Below are positions 1-11,120 of a stretch of DNA of 39,212 nt, in pieces (the stretch's first letter is position 1; the number at the start of each line of letters is the position of its first letter). The notes beneath the pieces were generated by a model. The model was not told where the DNA came from and did not search any database. It saw only the letters and a program-made list of their open reading frames with translations. A program made the translations under genes and the position numbers. Origin of the DNA: Octopus bimaculoides (taxonomy: Eukaryota); contig NC_068985.1 of the NCBI RefSeq assembly GCF_001194135.2, positions 97,807,907-97,847,118 on the forward strand, read 5' to 3'.

Positions 1-35
<35 letters not shown>

Positions 36-48
36 GTGTGTGTGTGTG
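1..48. repeat. (TA)n/(TG)n microsatellite
   Basis: Direct reading. Confidence 0.97.
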
Positions 49-254
49 TTTCTATAATAGTTAATGCAATTGGTAATGTCACTAAGTGTTTAAGTAATAG
101 TATGGAAAAGCTATGGAGTTTTGGGGAGGAAAATGACGAGCTAAGTATAAAGTTTAAAATATTCTAAGTACAGCATGAAACTCTAAAAAGTCATCTGAAT
201 CCCAAATTAGTTTTTTCCTGGTTAAAACCCAGCTTCTGTATGTGTGTGAGCTAG

Positions 255-315
<61 letters not shown>

Positions 316-332
316 NNNNNNNNNNTAGATAA

Positions 333-381
<49 letters not shown>
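255..381. repeat. (GATA)n, A-run and (GA)n compound microsatellite (10 N inside)
   Basis: Direct reading. Confidence 0.95.
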
Positions 382-383
<2 letters not shown>

Positions 384-610
384 TTTAGGTTTGGTAGGGA
401 TCTGATCAATTTGGTTCAATCCGAAGTGTTCGATATAGTGAACCCTCGATACCAGGTGGTTGTCCTCCGTACAGATGCATTCGATGTGGTGTTTAGGGTT
501 TGGATCACTCATTGTGTAGTGTCCGCTTTCACTCCTACTGATCGAAGAACTATTGCGGTAGAGGGCGGTATTAATTCTACTAGGACGTAAGAGAACTCTG
601 AGGGCACACT

Positions 611-652
611 CGGATCAACTGGAACCTTCAGCGTCGTAACCGACGGAGTACC
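611..652 (+). mobile_element. 3' tail fragment of SINE family A (or shared tail of a partner element)
   Basis: CGGATCAACTGGAACCTTCAGCGTCGTAACCGACGGAGTACC closely matches the family A 3' end CGGATCAACTGGAACCCTCGACGTCGTAAGCGACGGAGTGCC. Confidence 0.75.
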
Positions 653-1600
653 GTCATGTTTCTACAAGCAACATTTGAAGCGGAACATGAATGGAGAGAA
701 GGAACTTTATTGCTCTTGAGCAAACATGGTGGAACGTAGGTTCAAGGTCGTAAAGGTGGTTGTACGAGAGGGTTAATCCAAAGTTTCCTCAGAAATTGAA
801 GTAGGAAGAGAACGTTTCCAAAGATCACAAACTGGTCAGTGTATTGGCTTTCCATCACGTTTTCGAGCTGTTAGCTTCTTCTACGTTATGGGTGGCGTTA
901 CTTGTTCTCTATCATTATATATATTTGAATGCATTTTTGTTACGTTGTATTACATTTTTGTTCCGACCGTTAAATTGTGCGCGTACAATATGACTTTTGT
1001 TTCTAAACATTTTGTATAAAATATCTTATGTTATGTGGAGAGCCCCCGTGGCCAATAAAAAAAAATTGTATTTACTTTTATTATGAGATGAGCTTTTGTG
1101 GTCAATTAAGAAACAATTGTTGTTGCTATTATTGTTCTTAATACTTTTGTTGCTGTTGCAATTGATTATTTATATTATTAATATTAATATCACCGAATGT
1201 CTATCTATCTATCTATCCATCTATCTCCATGATAGATATATGTATGTATGTATACATTTATACATACGCACACACACATACACACAAACACACACAGACA
1301 CACAAACATATGAATACACATACATACAAAACTTACGCACACACTCACACATGTACAGACTCACACACAAACACTACAAACATACCAAACGTTTGTAATT
1401 AGATAAGAACACAGAAAAAGAAACAAAACTCACACCGCGGCCAACTAAATAATTAAAGTTAATCATTATGTGCCTGTTTCTTTTGTAAATGAATGAGGAA
1501 TTCTGGGGTCGGTGTGTAAGAGAGGTGCTGGTGGAATACCCGGGAGGCTTATTTTGCTTTCTCCCTTGTGAACTAGTATATATATATAGGCACATATATT

Positions 1601-1659
<59 letters not shown>

Positions 1660-1944
1660 ACATATATATATGTGTATACATACATATGAAGTCGCGGGAA
1701 GAATCTTGAAAGAAGCTGACTCATAAAAATTATCTCAAAGCTCTAGATTCGTACTTTCTTATCACTCCTCCTCCTCCTCCTCCTCCTCCTCCTACTCCTA
1801 CTCTCTGTTTATTTATCTGTCTGTACGTCTGTCAGCCTGTTTGTCTCTGTCCCGATATCTTTCTCTCCTAATCTGTCTACCTCTACGCTTGCCTTTCGCG
1901 ATCTCCCTTTCTCTCTCTCTCTCTCGTCTATTTTCCTTCATTTA

Positions 1945-2194
1945 TCAAACACACACACACACGGCCATACACGTGCATACACACACACCACACACACATA
2001 CACACACCCGGCCACACACACACACACACACACACACTCACAACCGGTGCAAGTATTTTCAGGAGATCCACCACAGAAATAGTTATCCCCTGAAGATATC
2101 CTCACCTAACCTTTTCTCATTTAACCAACAGTTTCACATTCCCCGCTTGAAATTCTGAGTCACACAAAAGGAAAATGAAACATCCTATCTTCAA

Positions 2195-2263
<69 letters not shown>

Positions 2264-2437
2264 AAAGCACATACAGCACATACCCACGGGCAATCGCTGT
2301 AACCTCTATGTTAGCTGGCAACGAGCAAGATATAAAAGCCAAATCGCCCTCAGATCACATCTGAGTAGATTGCGATCCGAGGGAGGATACACATGTATAG
2401 ATAGGTAGATAGATGGGCAGATAGCTAGATAGGGAAG

Positions 2438-2490
<53 letters not shown>
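1945..2490. repeat. Microsatellite-rich block: (CA)n, (CT)n(CA)n, (TAGA)n
   Basis: Direct reading; tracts at about 1945-2040, 2196-2260 and 2396-2490. Confidence 0.9.
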
Positions 2491-2492
<2 letters not shown>

Positions 2493-2785
2493 CAAGGCGC
2501 GTGTTCAAGAATGTAGTATACAGCGTTACCCTGGAATCTCAACGCATAAAATGCAGGTACGACTTTATTAATTCAGTATATTTTGAACATTCAACAAGCA
2601 AAATATAAAATGATACCTGTAAACGATGTCCTCCACGCAACAGATACGAAATTTCGCTGATTATCGTAGGGTTGCTAGAGAAATATTAAGAAAAATAAAA
2701 CAAACTGTAACGGAATATGCTAGAAAATTGTCCACAATGAATATCGTCCGAATGAATTCGAAGAAAAAAGAAATGCCAAGAATCA

Positions 2786-2892
2786 GTCATGGTTGTGTGG
2801 TAAATGATGTCGGGCTAAGCCTACTATAGCCTCAGGCCGACCATTGGATTTGGTAGACGGACACTGAAAAAATCCCGCCGTATATATATATT
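2786..2892 (+). mobile_element. SINE family B fragment (internally deleted)
   Basis: Carries TACTATAGCCTCAGGCCGACC...GGATTTGGTAGACGGACACTGAAA followed by (TA)n, shared with other copies in the window. Confidence 0.65.
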
Positions 2893-3242
2893 CTATATTA
2901 TCTAAGTCTATGAACTATATTTGGAATACAGGATAATATAATGGATTTTACACATAACTGTTATGGATTATTACAGAATACCAACCAAGGAAGAATATAT
3001 GGATTAAAAACTCTCATACTAAAGTGTACTTACCAAAATCAAAAGATGTAATTTTTAATCGTTAATTTATATTTCAAACAAAACATTTTATCATATTACT
3101 TCATATTTAAAAAAAAACTACCATTCGATAAATTATACAAAANNNNNNNNNNNNNNNNNNNNNNNNNNNNNNNNNNNNNNNNNNNNNNNNNNNNNNNNNN
3201 NNNNNNNNNNNNNNNNNNNNNNNNNNNNNNNNNNNNNNNNNN

Positions 3243-3545
3243 TTTGCCGAACCGCTAAGTTACAGGAACGTAAACACACCAACACCGGTTGTCAAATGAT
3301 GATGGAGTCAAACTCACGGACACACAGACACACACATACGAACATACAAACACACACACATACACATGTATACATATACACATATGTATACATATACACA
3401 TATGTATACATATACACGACGGGCTTCTCTCTGTTTCCGGCTACGATAACCACTGACAAGGCTTTTTGTCGCCCCGAGGTTATAGTAGAATATACTTGCC
3501 GAAGCTGTTACGGAGTGGGACTGAACCCAGAACCACGTCATTATA
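3243..3545 (-). mobile_element. SINE family B with internal microsatellite
   Basis: TTTGCCGAACCGCTAAGTTAC...ACACCGGTTGTCAA, then a CA/TA block, then CGACGGGCTTCT...GGGACTGAACCCAGAACCAC; colinear with the copy at 36955-37347. Confidence 0.8.
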
Positions 3546-3624
3546 TTTATATATATATATGTATGTATGTATATGTGTGTGTATAGATGCGTATTTGTTT
3601 ATATATGTGCGTGTATATATGTAC

Positions 3625-3825
3625 AGGCGATGCTGTGTGACGAGATTGATTCCAGACCCGGCGGTTTCGTCTTTGAGTGCTACTGAGTGGCATCTAGAAC
3701 AGCTGTCTTTAACAATAGAACCAGTGTGTCCAAAGCCTTGTGACTGATTCTGATAGACGGAAACTGAAAGAAGCCCGTCACGCACACACATACACACACG
3801 CGCGCGTCTGTGTGTATGTGTGTAC
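3625..3825 (+). mobile_element. SINE family B, 5' portion
   Basis: CCAAAGCCTTGTGACTGATTCTGATAGACGGAAACTGAAAGAAGCCCGTC followed by CA/TG repeats. Confidence 0.7.
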
Positions 3826-3851
3826 CCACCAGCTTCCATTTTGACTGAGGT

Positions 3852-4230
3852 TAGGCGCTCCGTCGCTTACGACGTCGAGGGTTCCAGTTGATCCGATCAA
3901 CGGAACAGTCTGCTCGTGAAATTAACGTGCAAGTGGCTGAGCACTCCACACACACGTGTACCCTTAACGTAGTTCTCGGGGAGATTCAGCGTGACACAGT
4001 GTGACAAGGCTGACCCTTTGAATTACAGGCTCAACAGAAACAGGAAGAAAGAGTGAAAGAAAATTGTGGTGAAAGAGTACAGCACGGTTCCCCATCATCC
4101 CCTGCCGGAGCCTCGTGGAGCTTTAGGTGTTTTCGCTCAATAAACACTCACAACGCCCGGTCTGGGAATCGAAACCGCGATCCTCCGACCGCGAGTCCGC
4201 TGCCCTAACCACTGGGCCATTGCGCCTCCA
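3852..4230 (-). mobile_element. Full-length tRNA-derived SINE, family A
   Basis: Reverse complement starts TGGAGGCGCAATGGCCCAGTGGTTAGGG (A box) and has GGTTTCGATTCCC (B box). Flanked by direct repeat ACTGAGGT (3844-3851 and 4230-4237). About 95% identical to the copy at 22513-22903 by manual alignment. Confidence 0.92.
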
Positions 4231-4429
4231 CTGAGGTCAATAGAGAAACTGAATTATTGCACTTCCGAGTTAATAACAACAGAAACAATACCTACTACTA
4301 CTACTACTACTACTACTACCACTACTACCACTACTACAATTACATCGTCAACATCATATGGCTAAATGTAACGTCTTAACTATTGTCACAAATAAATACG
4401 TCCGCACTCACGCAAATGTGTGGGCATAC

Positions 4430-4659
4430 AGACACACACATGTGTGTGTGTATACACAATGAAGTGAGAGATACATGTAGATGGATGTGTGTGTGTGTAT
4501 ATATATATGAGTGTATGTGTGTATATAAGTATGTATATACGTGTGTGTATGCGTATATATATATATATACGCACACACACACACATCTATACACATATAT
4601 ATATGGATATACGCGTCTATACGTATTTATATATATATATGTGTGTTTGTGTATATCTC

Positions 4660-4712
<53 letters not shown>

Positions 4713-4795
4713 ATCTCTCTGTATATATATATGTGTGTGTATATATCTCTCTGTATAGATGTGTGTGTGTGTGTGTGTATGTTTATATTCCCGTA

Positions 4796-4834
<39 letters not shown>

Positions 4835-5197
4835 NNNNNNNNNNATATATATATATATTTATATACACACACACACATATATATGCATGTGTATGTGTTT
4901 GTATACATACATATATACATGTGTATATACATACGCGTATATATGTATGTATACACACACATATATATAAATATGTATGTATACACATACATACATATAA
5001 ATATACATACATTTATACATGTGTGTGTATACATACATATATACATGTGTGTGTGTATATATACATATATATATATGTGGGTGTGTAGTGTTTCAGTGCG
5101 TGTTTCAATGCGTGTGAGTGAAGCGCATGTATTCATGCGGTATGTCAGCGTGCTTGAAGATATATATATATATATATATATATATATNNNNNNNNNN

Positions 5198-5234
<37 letters not shown>

Positions 5235-5256
5235 GCGTGTTTGTATATATGTGAGT
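4430..5256. repeat. Compound degenerate (TA)/(TG)/(CA) microsatellite field
   Basis: Direct reading; explains the YI/CV/HT-rich ORFs in the track. Confidence 0.95.
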
Positions 5257-5720
5257 CTATCTGCGCGTGAAAGTGTGTCTAAAAGCGAGTGTAAATAAGA
5301 AAGGTAGTGAATGGGGGTAGAAAGAGGAAAGGGTGGCGGAGTGGTAGAAACTTGTCTCAGACACTTGGAGCTAATCCTGCCAAGTTCTTGCTAACTCTTG
5401 GAATTGGTTGGTGGTGGTGGTGGTTGTGGTGGTAGTAGTGGTTTGTGGTGGTTGAACAGCGGTGGTGGTGGTGATGGTTTATAGGGGATAGGGGTGTGGT
5501 GGTACGTTTGGGGTGAGCAGGCATATCATGTTATATACACGCTTATACACACACACACATCTAGGAAGGCCCACAAATGTTGTTTAAGTACACAAATATA
5601 AATGTATACACACACGCATTTCTATATATAAACGTATGTATATATATTCATACAACTATGTATATACGTATATATACACACATATACAGGCTTATGTGTA
5701 AATATATTCACTCATACACA

Positions 5721-6414
5721 TATATAATATATATATATATATATATCTGTGTGTGTGTTTATAATGAATATGTGTGTATGTCGTGTTTGCGAATGTTTGT
5801 ATCACTCATATGTATATACATTGTCAGTCATGTACACGCATTTAAATACGCGTGTGTACACACGCACACACACACACACAAGCACACACACACACACAAG
5901 CACACANNNNNNNNNNNNNNNNNNNNNNNNNNNNNNNNNNNNNNNNNNNNNNNNNNNNNNNNNNNNNNNNNNNNNNNNNNNNNNNNNNNNNNNNNNNNNN
6001 NNNNNNNNNNNNNNNNNNNNNNNNNNNNNNNNNNNNNNNNNNNNNNNNNNNNNNNNNNNNNNNNNNNNNNNNNNNNNNNNNNNNNNNNNNNNNNNNNNNN
6101 NNNNNNNNNNNNNNNNNNNNNNNNNNNNNNNNNNNNNNNNNNNNNNNNNNNNNNNNNNNNNNNNNNNNNNNNNNNNNNNNNNNNNNNNNNNNNNNNNNNN
6201 NNNNNNNNNNNNNNNNNNNNNNNNNNNNNNNNNNNNNNNNNNNNNNNNNNNNNNNNNNNNNNNNNNNNNNNNNNNNNNNNNNNNNNNNNNNNNNNNNNNN
6301 NNNNNNNNNNNNNNNNNNNNNNNNNNNNNNNNNNNNNNNNNNNNNNNNNNNNNNNNNNNNNNNNNNNNNNNNNNNNNNNNNNNNNNNNNNNNNNTATATA
6401 TATAATATATATAT

Positions 6415-6446
<32 letters not shown>

Positions 6447-6606
6447 CTGTGTGTGTGTTTATAATGAATATGTGTGTATGTCGTGTTTGCGAATGTTTGT
6501 ATCACTCATATGTATATACATTGTCAGTCATGTACACGCATTTAAATACGCGTGTGTACACACGCACACACACACACACAAGCACACACACACACACAAG
6601 CACACA
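5721..6606 (+). repeat. Exact 186-bp direct repeat on both sides of a gap (5721-5906 = 6421-6606)
   Basis: Base-for-base identity at offset 700; the first copy ends exactly at the gap start. Confidence 0.95.
5907..6395. other. Assembly gap
   Basis: Run of N. Confidence 0.99.
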
Positions 6607-6786
6607 CACACACACATACACATTTATATGTGATTTGTAGATATATATTTGTGTATGTATGTTTGATTTTTGTATGTGTGTATGTTTGTTTGTTTGGGTG
6701 GTGTGTGTGTGTGGTCGCGAATCTGTGTATGCGGGTGTATGATTGTTTCCTTGTGACTGCGAATGCGTGTGTGTGTATGTATATTA

Positions 6787-6834
<48 letters not shown>

Positions 6835-7724
6835 NNNNNNNNNNNNNNNNNNNNNNNNNNNNNNNNNNNNNNNNNNNNNNNNNNNNNNNNNNNNNNNNNN
6901 NNNNNNNNNNNNNNNNNNNNNNNNNNNNNNNNNNNNNNNNNNNNNNNNNNNNNNNNNNNNNNNNNNNNNNNNNNNNNNNNNNNNNNNNNNNNNNNNNNNN
7001 NNNNNNNNNNNNNNNNNNNNNNNNNNNNNNNNNNNNNNNNNNNNNNNNNNNNNNNNNNNNNNNNNNNNNNNNNNNNNNNNNNNNNNNNNNNNNNNNNNNN
7101 NNNNNNNNNNNNNNNNNNNNNNNNNNNNNNNNNNNNNNNNNNNNNNNNNNNNNNNNNNNNNNNNNNNNNNNNNNNNNNNNNNNNNNNNNNNNNNNNNNNN
7201 NNNNNNNNNNNNNNNNNNNNNNNNNNNNNNNNNNNNNNNNNNNNNNNNNNNNNNNNNNNNNNNNNNNNNNNNNNNNNNNNNNNNNNNNNNNNNNNNNNNN
7301 NNNNNNNNNNNNNNNNNNNNNNNNNNNNNNNNNNNNNNNNNNNNNNNNNNNNNNNNNNNNNNNNNNNNNNNNNNNNNNNNNNNNNNNNNNNNNNNNNNNN
7401 NNNNNNNNNNNNNNNNNNNNNNNNNNNNNNNNNNNNNNNNNNNNNNNNNNNNNNNNNNNNNNNNNNNNNNNNNNNNNNNNNNNNNNNNNNNNNNNNNNNN
7501 NNNNNNNNNNNNNNNNNNNNNNNNNNNNNNNNNNNNNNNNNNNNNNNNNNNNNNNNNNNNNNNNNNNNNNNNNNNNNNNNNNNNNNNNNNNNNNNNNNNN
7601 NNNNNNNNNNNNNNNNNNNNNNNNNNNNNNNNNNNNNNNNNNNNNNNNNNNNNNNNNNNNNNNNNNNNNNNNNNNNNNNNNNNNNNNNNNNNNNNNNNNN
7701 NNNNNNNNNNNNNNNNNNNNNNNN
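6835..7724. other. Assembly gap just upstream of the coding exon (may hide the promoter or a 5' exon)
   Basis: Run of N. Confidence 0.99.
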
Positions 7725-7917
7725 ATATATTATATATATATATTATATATTATTTGAAATAGACAAAGAAAATACACAAACGATTTAAAAAAAAGGCAAA
7801 GAAAGGAAATACGAGACAAGGAAATCGCTTCTTTCTTTATTTGAGGGTGGTGATTTTTTTTTCTCTTTTAAGTTTCAATTCTTTGTTTTGTGAAATGTTA
7901 GATCGTACGAATTCATT

Positions 7918-8521
7918 ATGAAGTGGACCACAGAACATTGGTGTACAACTAAAAACATGGAACACAATGACAACTACACAAACTACAACAACATTCACAG
8001 TAGTAACAGACTAAATGGAGTTGAAAGTTGTAGAGACAATAAACAAGAACAACATAAAACACAAAACCACAGACATCATACAAGCATCGAGTCAAAAGGC
8101 CCCGGTTCAAATTGGATAAAATCGCGGAATCATAATAATAATAATAATAATAATAATAATTATAATAATACTAATACTAATAATAAAAATTATAATAATA
8201 TTAATATAAATAATAATATAAATAGAAATAATAAATATAACAATTGTAACGTGGTAAGTCGATGGACGACGACACGATGCCAAGTTGTGTGGGGACTTGC
8301 GATGATGTTATGTCTGCAGTACAGTACAGTTTTGGGTTATATAGTTCCAGTTAGAGACCTACAGTCGAAGACGGAGCTACATACCATAAGAAACTTACAG
8401 AATGGATCCGTTAATGTGAAAAATTTTACAGACCTTAATAAATACACACATACCAACACTAACACTCGAACACCTGTACACAAAACGTCAGACGATTTAT
8501 ATATAGATCCGTGCAAGGCTG
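7918..8521 (+). CDS. BMP1/TLL: First coding exon of a BMP1/tolloid-like astacin metalloprotease (partial: N-terminal extension, signal segment, start of prodomain)
   Basis: 201 sense codons plus 1 nt, with an in-frame stop upstream at 7891-7893. Hydrophobic segment VVWGLAMMLCLQYSTVLGYIVPV (aa 123-145), then sequons NGS and NFT. Ends in DDLYIDPCKA, matching the DPCKA prodomain motif of BMP1/TLL (human BMP1 NYKDPCKAAAFLGDIAL, recalled). Immediately followed by G|GTGAGT, a canonical phase-1 donor. Family call rests on one short motif plus architecture. Confidence 0.8.
8134..8250 (+). repeat. (AAT)n-derived coding repeat giving a poly-Asn / Asn-rich tract
   Basis: (AAT)9 at 8134-8160 then degenerate AAT units, in frame as Asn; 28 of 41 residues in aa 71-111 are Asn. 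Confidence 0.9.
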
Positions 8522-8527
8522 GTGAGT
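8522..8527 (+). other. 5' splice donor (GTGAGT) opening intron 1 of the tolloid-like gene
   Basis: Perfect consensus donor directly after the DPCKA codons, followed by a pyrimidine-rich, microsatellite-rich intron-like sequence. Confidence 0.8.
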
Positions 8528-9093
8528 AACAAACATCTTTTTTAACTTCTTGCGCGTCTTTCTTATTGCTTTCTTTCTTTCTTCCTTTACCCCACCACCA
8601 TCACCATCACCACACATTCGTTTCTTGAAATTTCCTTGTCTTATTTTGTTTTTATGTTGTGTGTGTGTGTGTTTTTCTTTTTCCAGTTTATTAAATCTCA
8701 GTTTGTTACTCTAGTAATCTCTCACCCTCCTTCTATCCCTCTCTCACCTCTCTTTCCTTCCCCCTCCCCTCCCTCTCTCTCTGATGATTTCTGTCTATCT
8801 TTGTTCGTTCTTATGCTTTTTCTCTTACTCAAACACCCTCTCTCTTTCTCTTCCTATATAATCCACTTTCTCTCTCTCACTCTTTCTCTCTCTCTTTCTT
8901 CCTATGCACCCCTCTCTGTCTGTCTCTCTCTCTCTGCTTTTCTTTCTGTCTCTTTTGTAGGTTTTTAATTTGTTATATTCTCTCTTTTTTCTCACGCTTA
9001 TTCATTTTTCTCATTCTTCCATTCGTTCAATCGCTCATTCATTCATTCATTCATTCATTATGACTATCTATTTATCGAATCGAGCTCTCTGTA

Positions 9094-9095
9094 TG

Positions 9096-9158
<63 letters not shown>

Positions 9159-9310
9159 CTCTATCTATGTCTGTCGATAGATAGATTCACACACACTCAC
9201 TCACACACACACACACATACAGAAAGAGAAAGGACTTACGTGTGTGTGTGTGTGTGTGTGTATGTGTGTGTGCGTGTGTGTGTTAGAGAGAGAGAGAGAG
9301 AGAGAGAGTG
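9094..9310. repeat. Compound (CTAT)n, (CA)n, (TG)n, (AG)n microsatellite
   Basis: Direct reading. Confidence 0.95.
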
Positions 9311-9749
9311 ATCGTATATGCATTTCTCTGCTCTTTGACTCACCATTTTACTATTTTTACTNNNNNNNNNNTATATATATATATATATATATATCAAAGA
9401 ACAACTATTTCTGTTTCGGCATTGCCACATTTCAAAAACTCGTGTGTCTGTTAATTTAGTTGTTTGGTGAACAAAAACACAACCACTAAATACCCCTACA
9501 TTCTTGCCACGAAAAATTGTACTTGCAAAACAAACTGAAGCTTTGAAAGCTATATGTAAAGAATTTGTGATGCACTAGGCGTAACAACGTACAAATAAAT
9601 CTATATATAATCTATATATATATTGAGAGAGGGAGAGAGAGGAGCTATATAACTAGGTGTAAAAACTGTTGTATATTTTTATCCGTAAATGCCTATGTAG
9701 GCATTTATTTATATGAATATAGACACGGACAGACAGAGAGACAGTTAGT

Positions 9750-9784
<35 letters not shown>

Positions 9785-10130
9785 ATAGATTTATATGTAG
9801 AAAACAAAACAATGTGCGTTAAGTAAATACAGGATTATCTTTTGTTGTTTTTTTAAGGTAACTGTAACTTCAAGGTTTTTCCAAGCAAAGCTTTTCAAAG
9901 TTGTTTAAAAGCTCTTACTTGGCAAAACTTTGAAGTCTTTGTTACCTTTTAATAGAAATAATGCTTACATATATATATACATGCATATATGGGTGTGTAT
10001 TTGTATATGCAGTTTAGTTTATGTGAATATGTTAACAGATGTATTAATACGTACTATTGTCCATATTAATACAATGAATAAACAAACTTACGAATGTAAC
10101 TACAGATGATAGAGTGGTACAATATTAGTA

Positions 10131-10166
<36 letters not shown>

Positions 10167-10175
10167 TGTATATAA

Positions 10176-10207
<32 letters not shown>

Positions 10208-10589
10208 AATCTCAAGGGTATGTTTCGTTCCAATTGGTGAATGCCTTCTCTTGACTGACCCTGGTGTCAAGGATAGTGAAAGTCGTTTATTATGATCACG
10301 TCTGTGCCGAAGTGATCATAATAAGCAGAGGATATAATAATATCCTGATCGACCATGATATCAGTAACCGTATGATGACAACTATGATTGTAACAAGCGG
10401 TTTACACTAAATTTGATCCTGGTATTCTTGTAAGGACTTTCTTTACATTACACGTCACGCAGCGGGTCGAAGATGGTATTTTTTTTTATAGGCACCTAAA
10501 TAGAATTTGAACTCAAAAAGCTTAGTGTCAGACCAGATATCCCAATACATCTTGAGTTGCATTCTAATAATATTTCCATGAACTAGTAT

Positions 10590-11120
10590 ATATTTATCGA
10601 CTCGGAAAGATGGGAAAACAACGTCCATCTCGGCGGGACGAGAACCCAGAAAGCGAAGATCAAAGTAATTCTTGCTTTCTTTACTCTGTGTTCTATATGA
10701 AGCATACGGTATTTATTTACCGACTGCGACTACTCTGAGTTCGAATCCGACCGAGGTCAACTTACTGTTTTATATTTTTGTCATAGTCATCAACCCCTGG
10801 ACAATGCTGTTTCGAGTACTAGGACTCATCCAGCTGGTTACTCGGTTTCTATGGCAAATAAGTAACCGAGATCACAACATTCCGCTCCCTCTTCGCTCAA
10901 ACAGGACGCCACCAAGTCGCAGACTGTGCTGGAGCAACTGAAATGCAGTTTTGCTCAACACATCTCCTGATCCGGGAATCGAAGCCAGGATCTTGCAATA
11001 TTGAGTGCAACGCCGTGGCCACAAGGTGTCGATAAAGGAGTACCAGTACAAGGGTGACGAGTTCGCTGAGTTGTTAGATGATCGGATAAGAGAGCTTGTA
11101 GTGTTTATTCTGGGTCTTTG
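10590..11120. mobile_element. Mosaic of old SINE fragments (family C pieces on both strands and one family E copy on minus at about 10860-11025)
   Basis: TTTATCGACTCGGAAAGATG (C, minus), CTGAGTTCGAATCCGACCGAGGTCAACTT (C, plus), GCTGGAGCAACTGAAATG...GGGAATCGAAGCC (B box, minus). Confidence 0.55.

Noticed and set aside
2349-2385. Imperfect hairpin CCCTCAGATCACATCT-GAGT-AGATTGCGATCCGAGGG
   Set aside because: The left arm is a family D motif remnant, the stem has several mismatches, and it is too short to support an ncRNA call.
2626-2829. 67-aa ORF MSSTQQIRNFADYRRVAREIL
   Set aside because: No recognisable domain or splice sites, and its 3' end runs into a SINE B head.
1096-7788. Many long ORFs in the track rich in YI, CV, HT, LS or X
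   Set aside because: They are translations of (TA)n, (TG)n, (CA)n, (CT)n, (GATA)n tracts and N-runs. The same applies to similar ORFs at 11366-14498, 20946-21953, 30608-31409 and 33005-33366.
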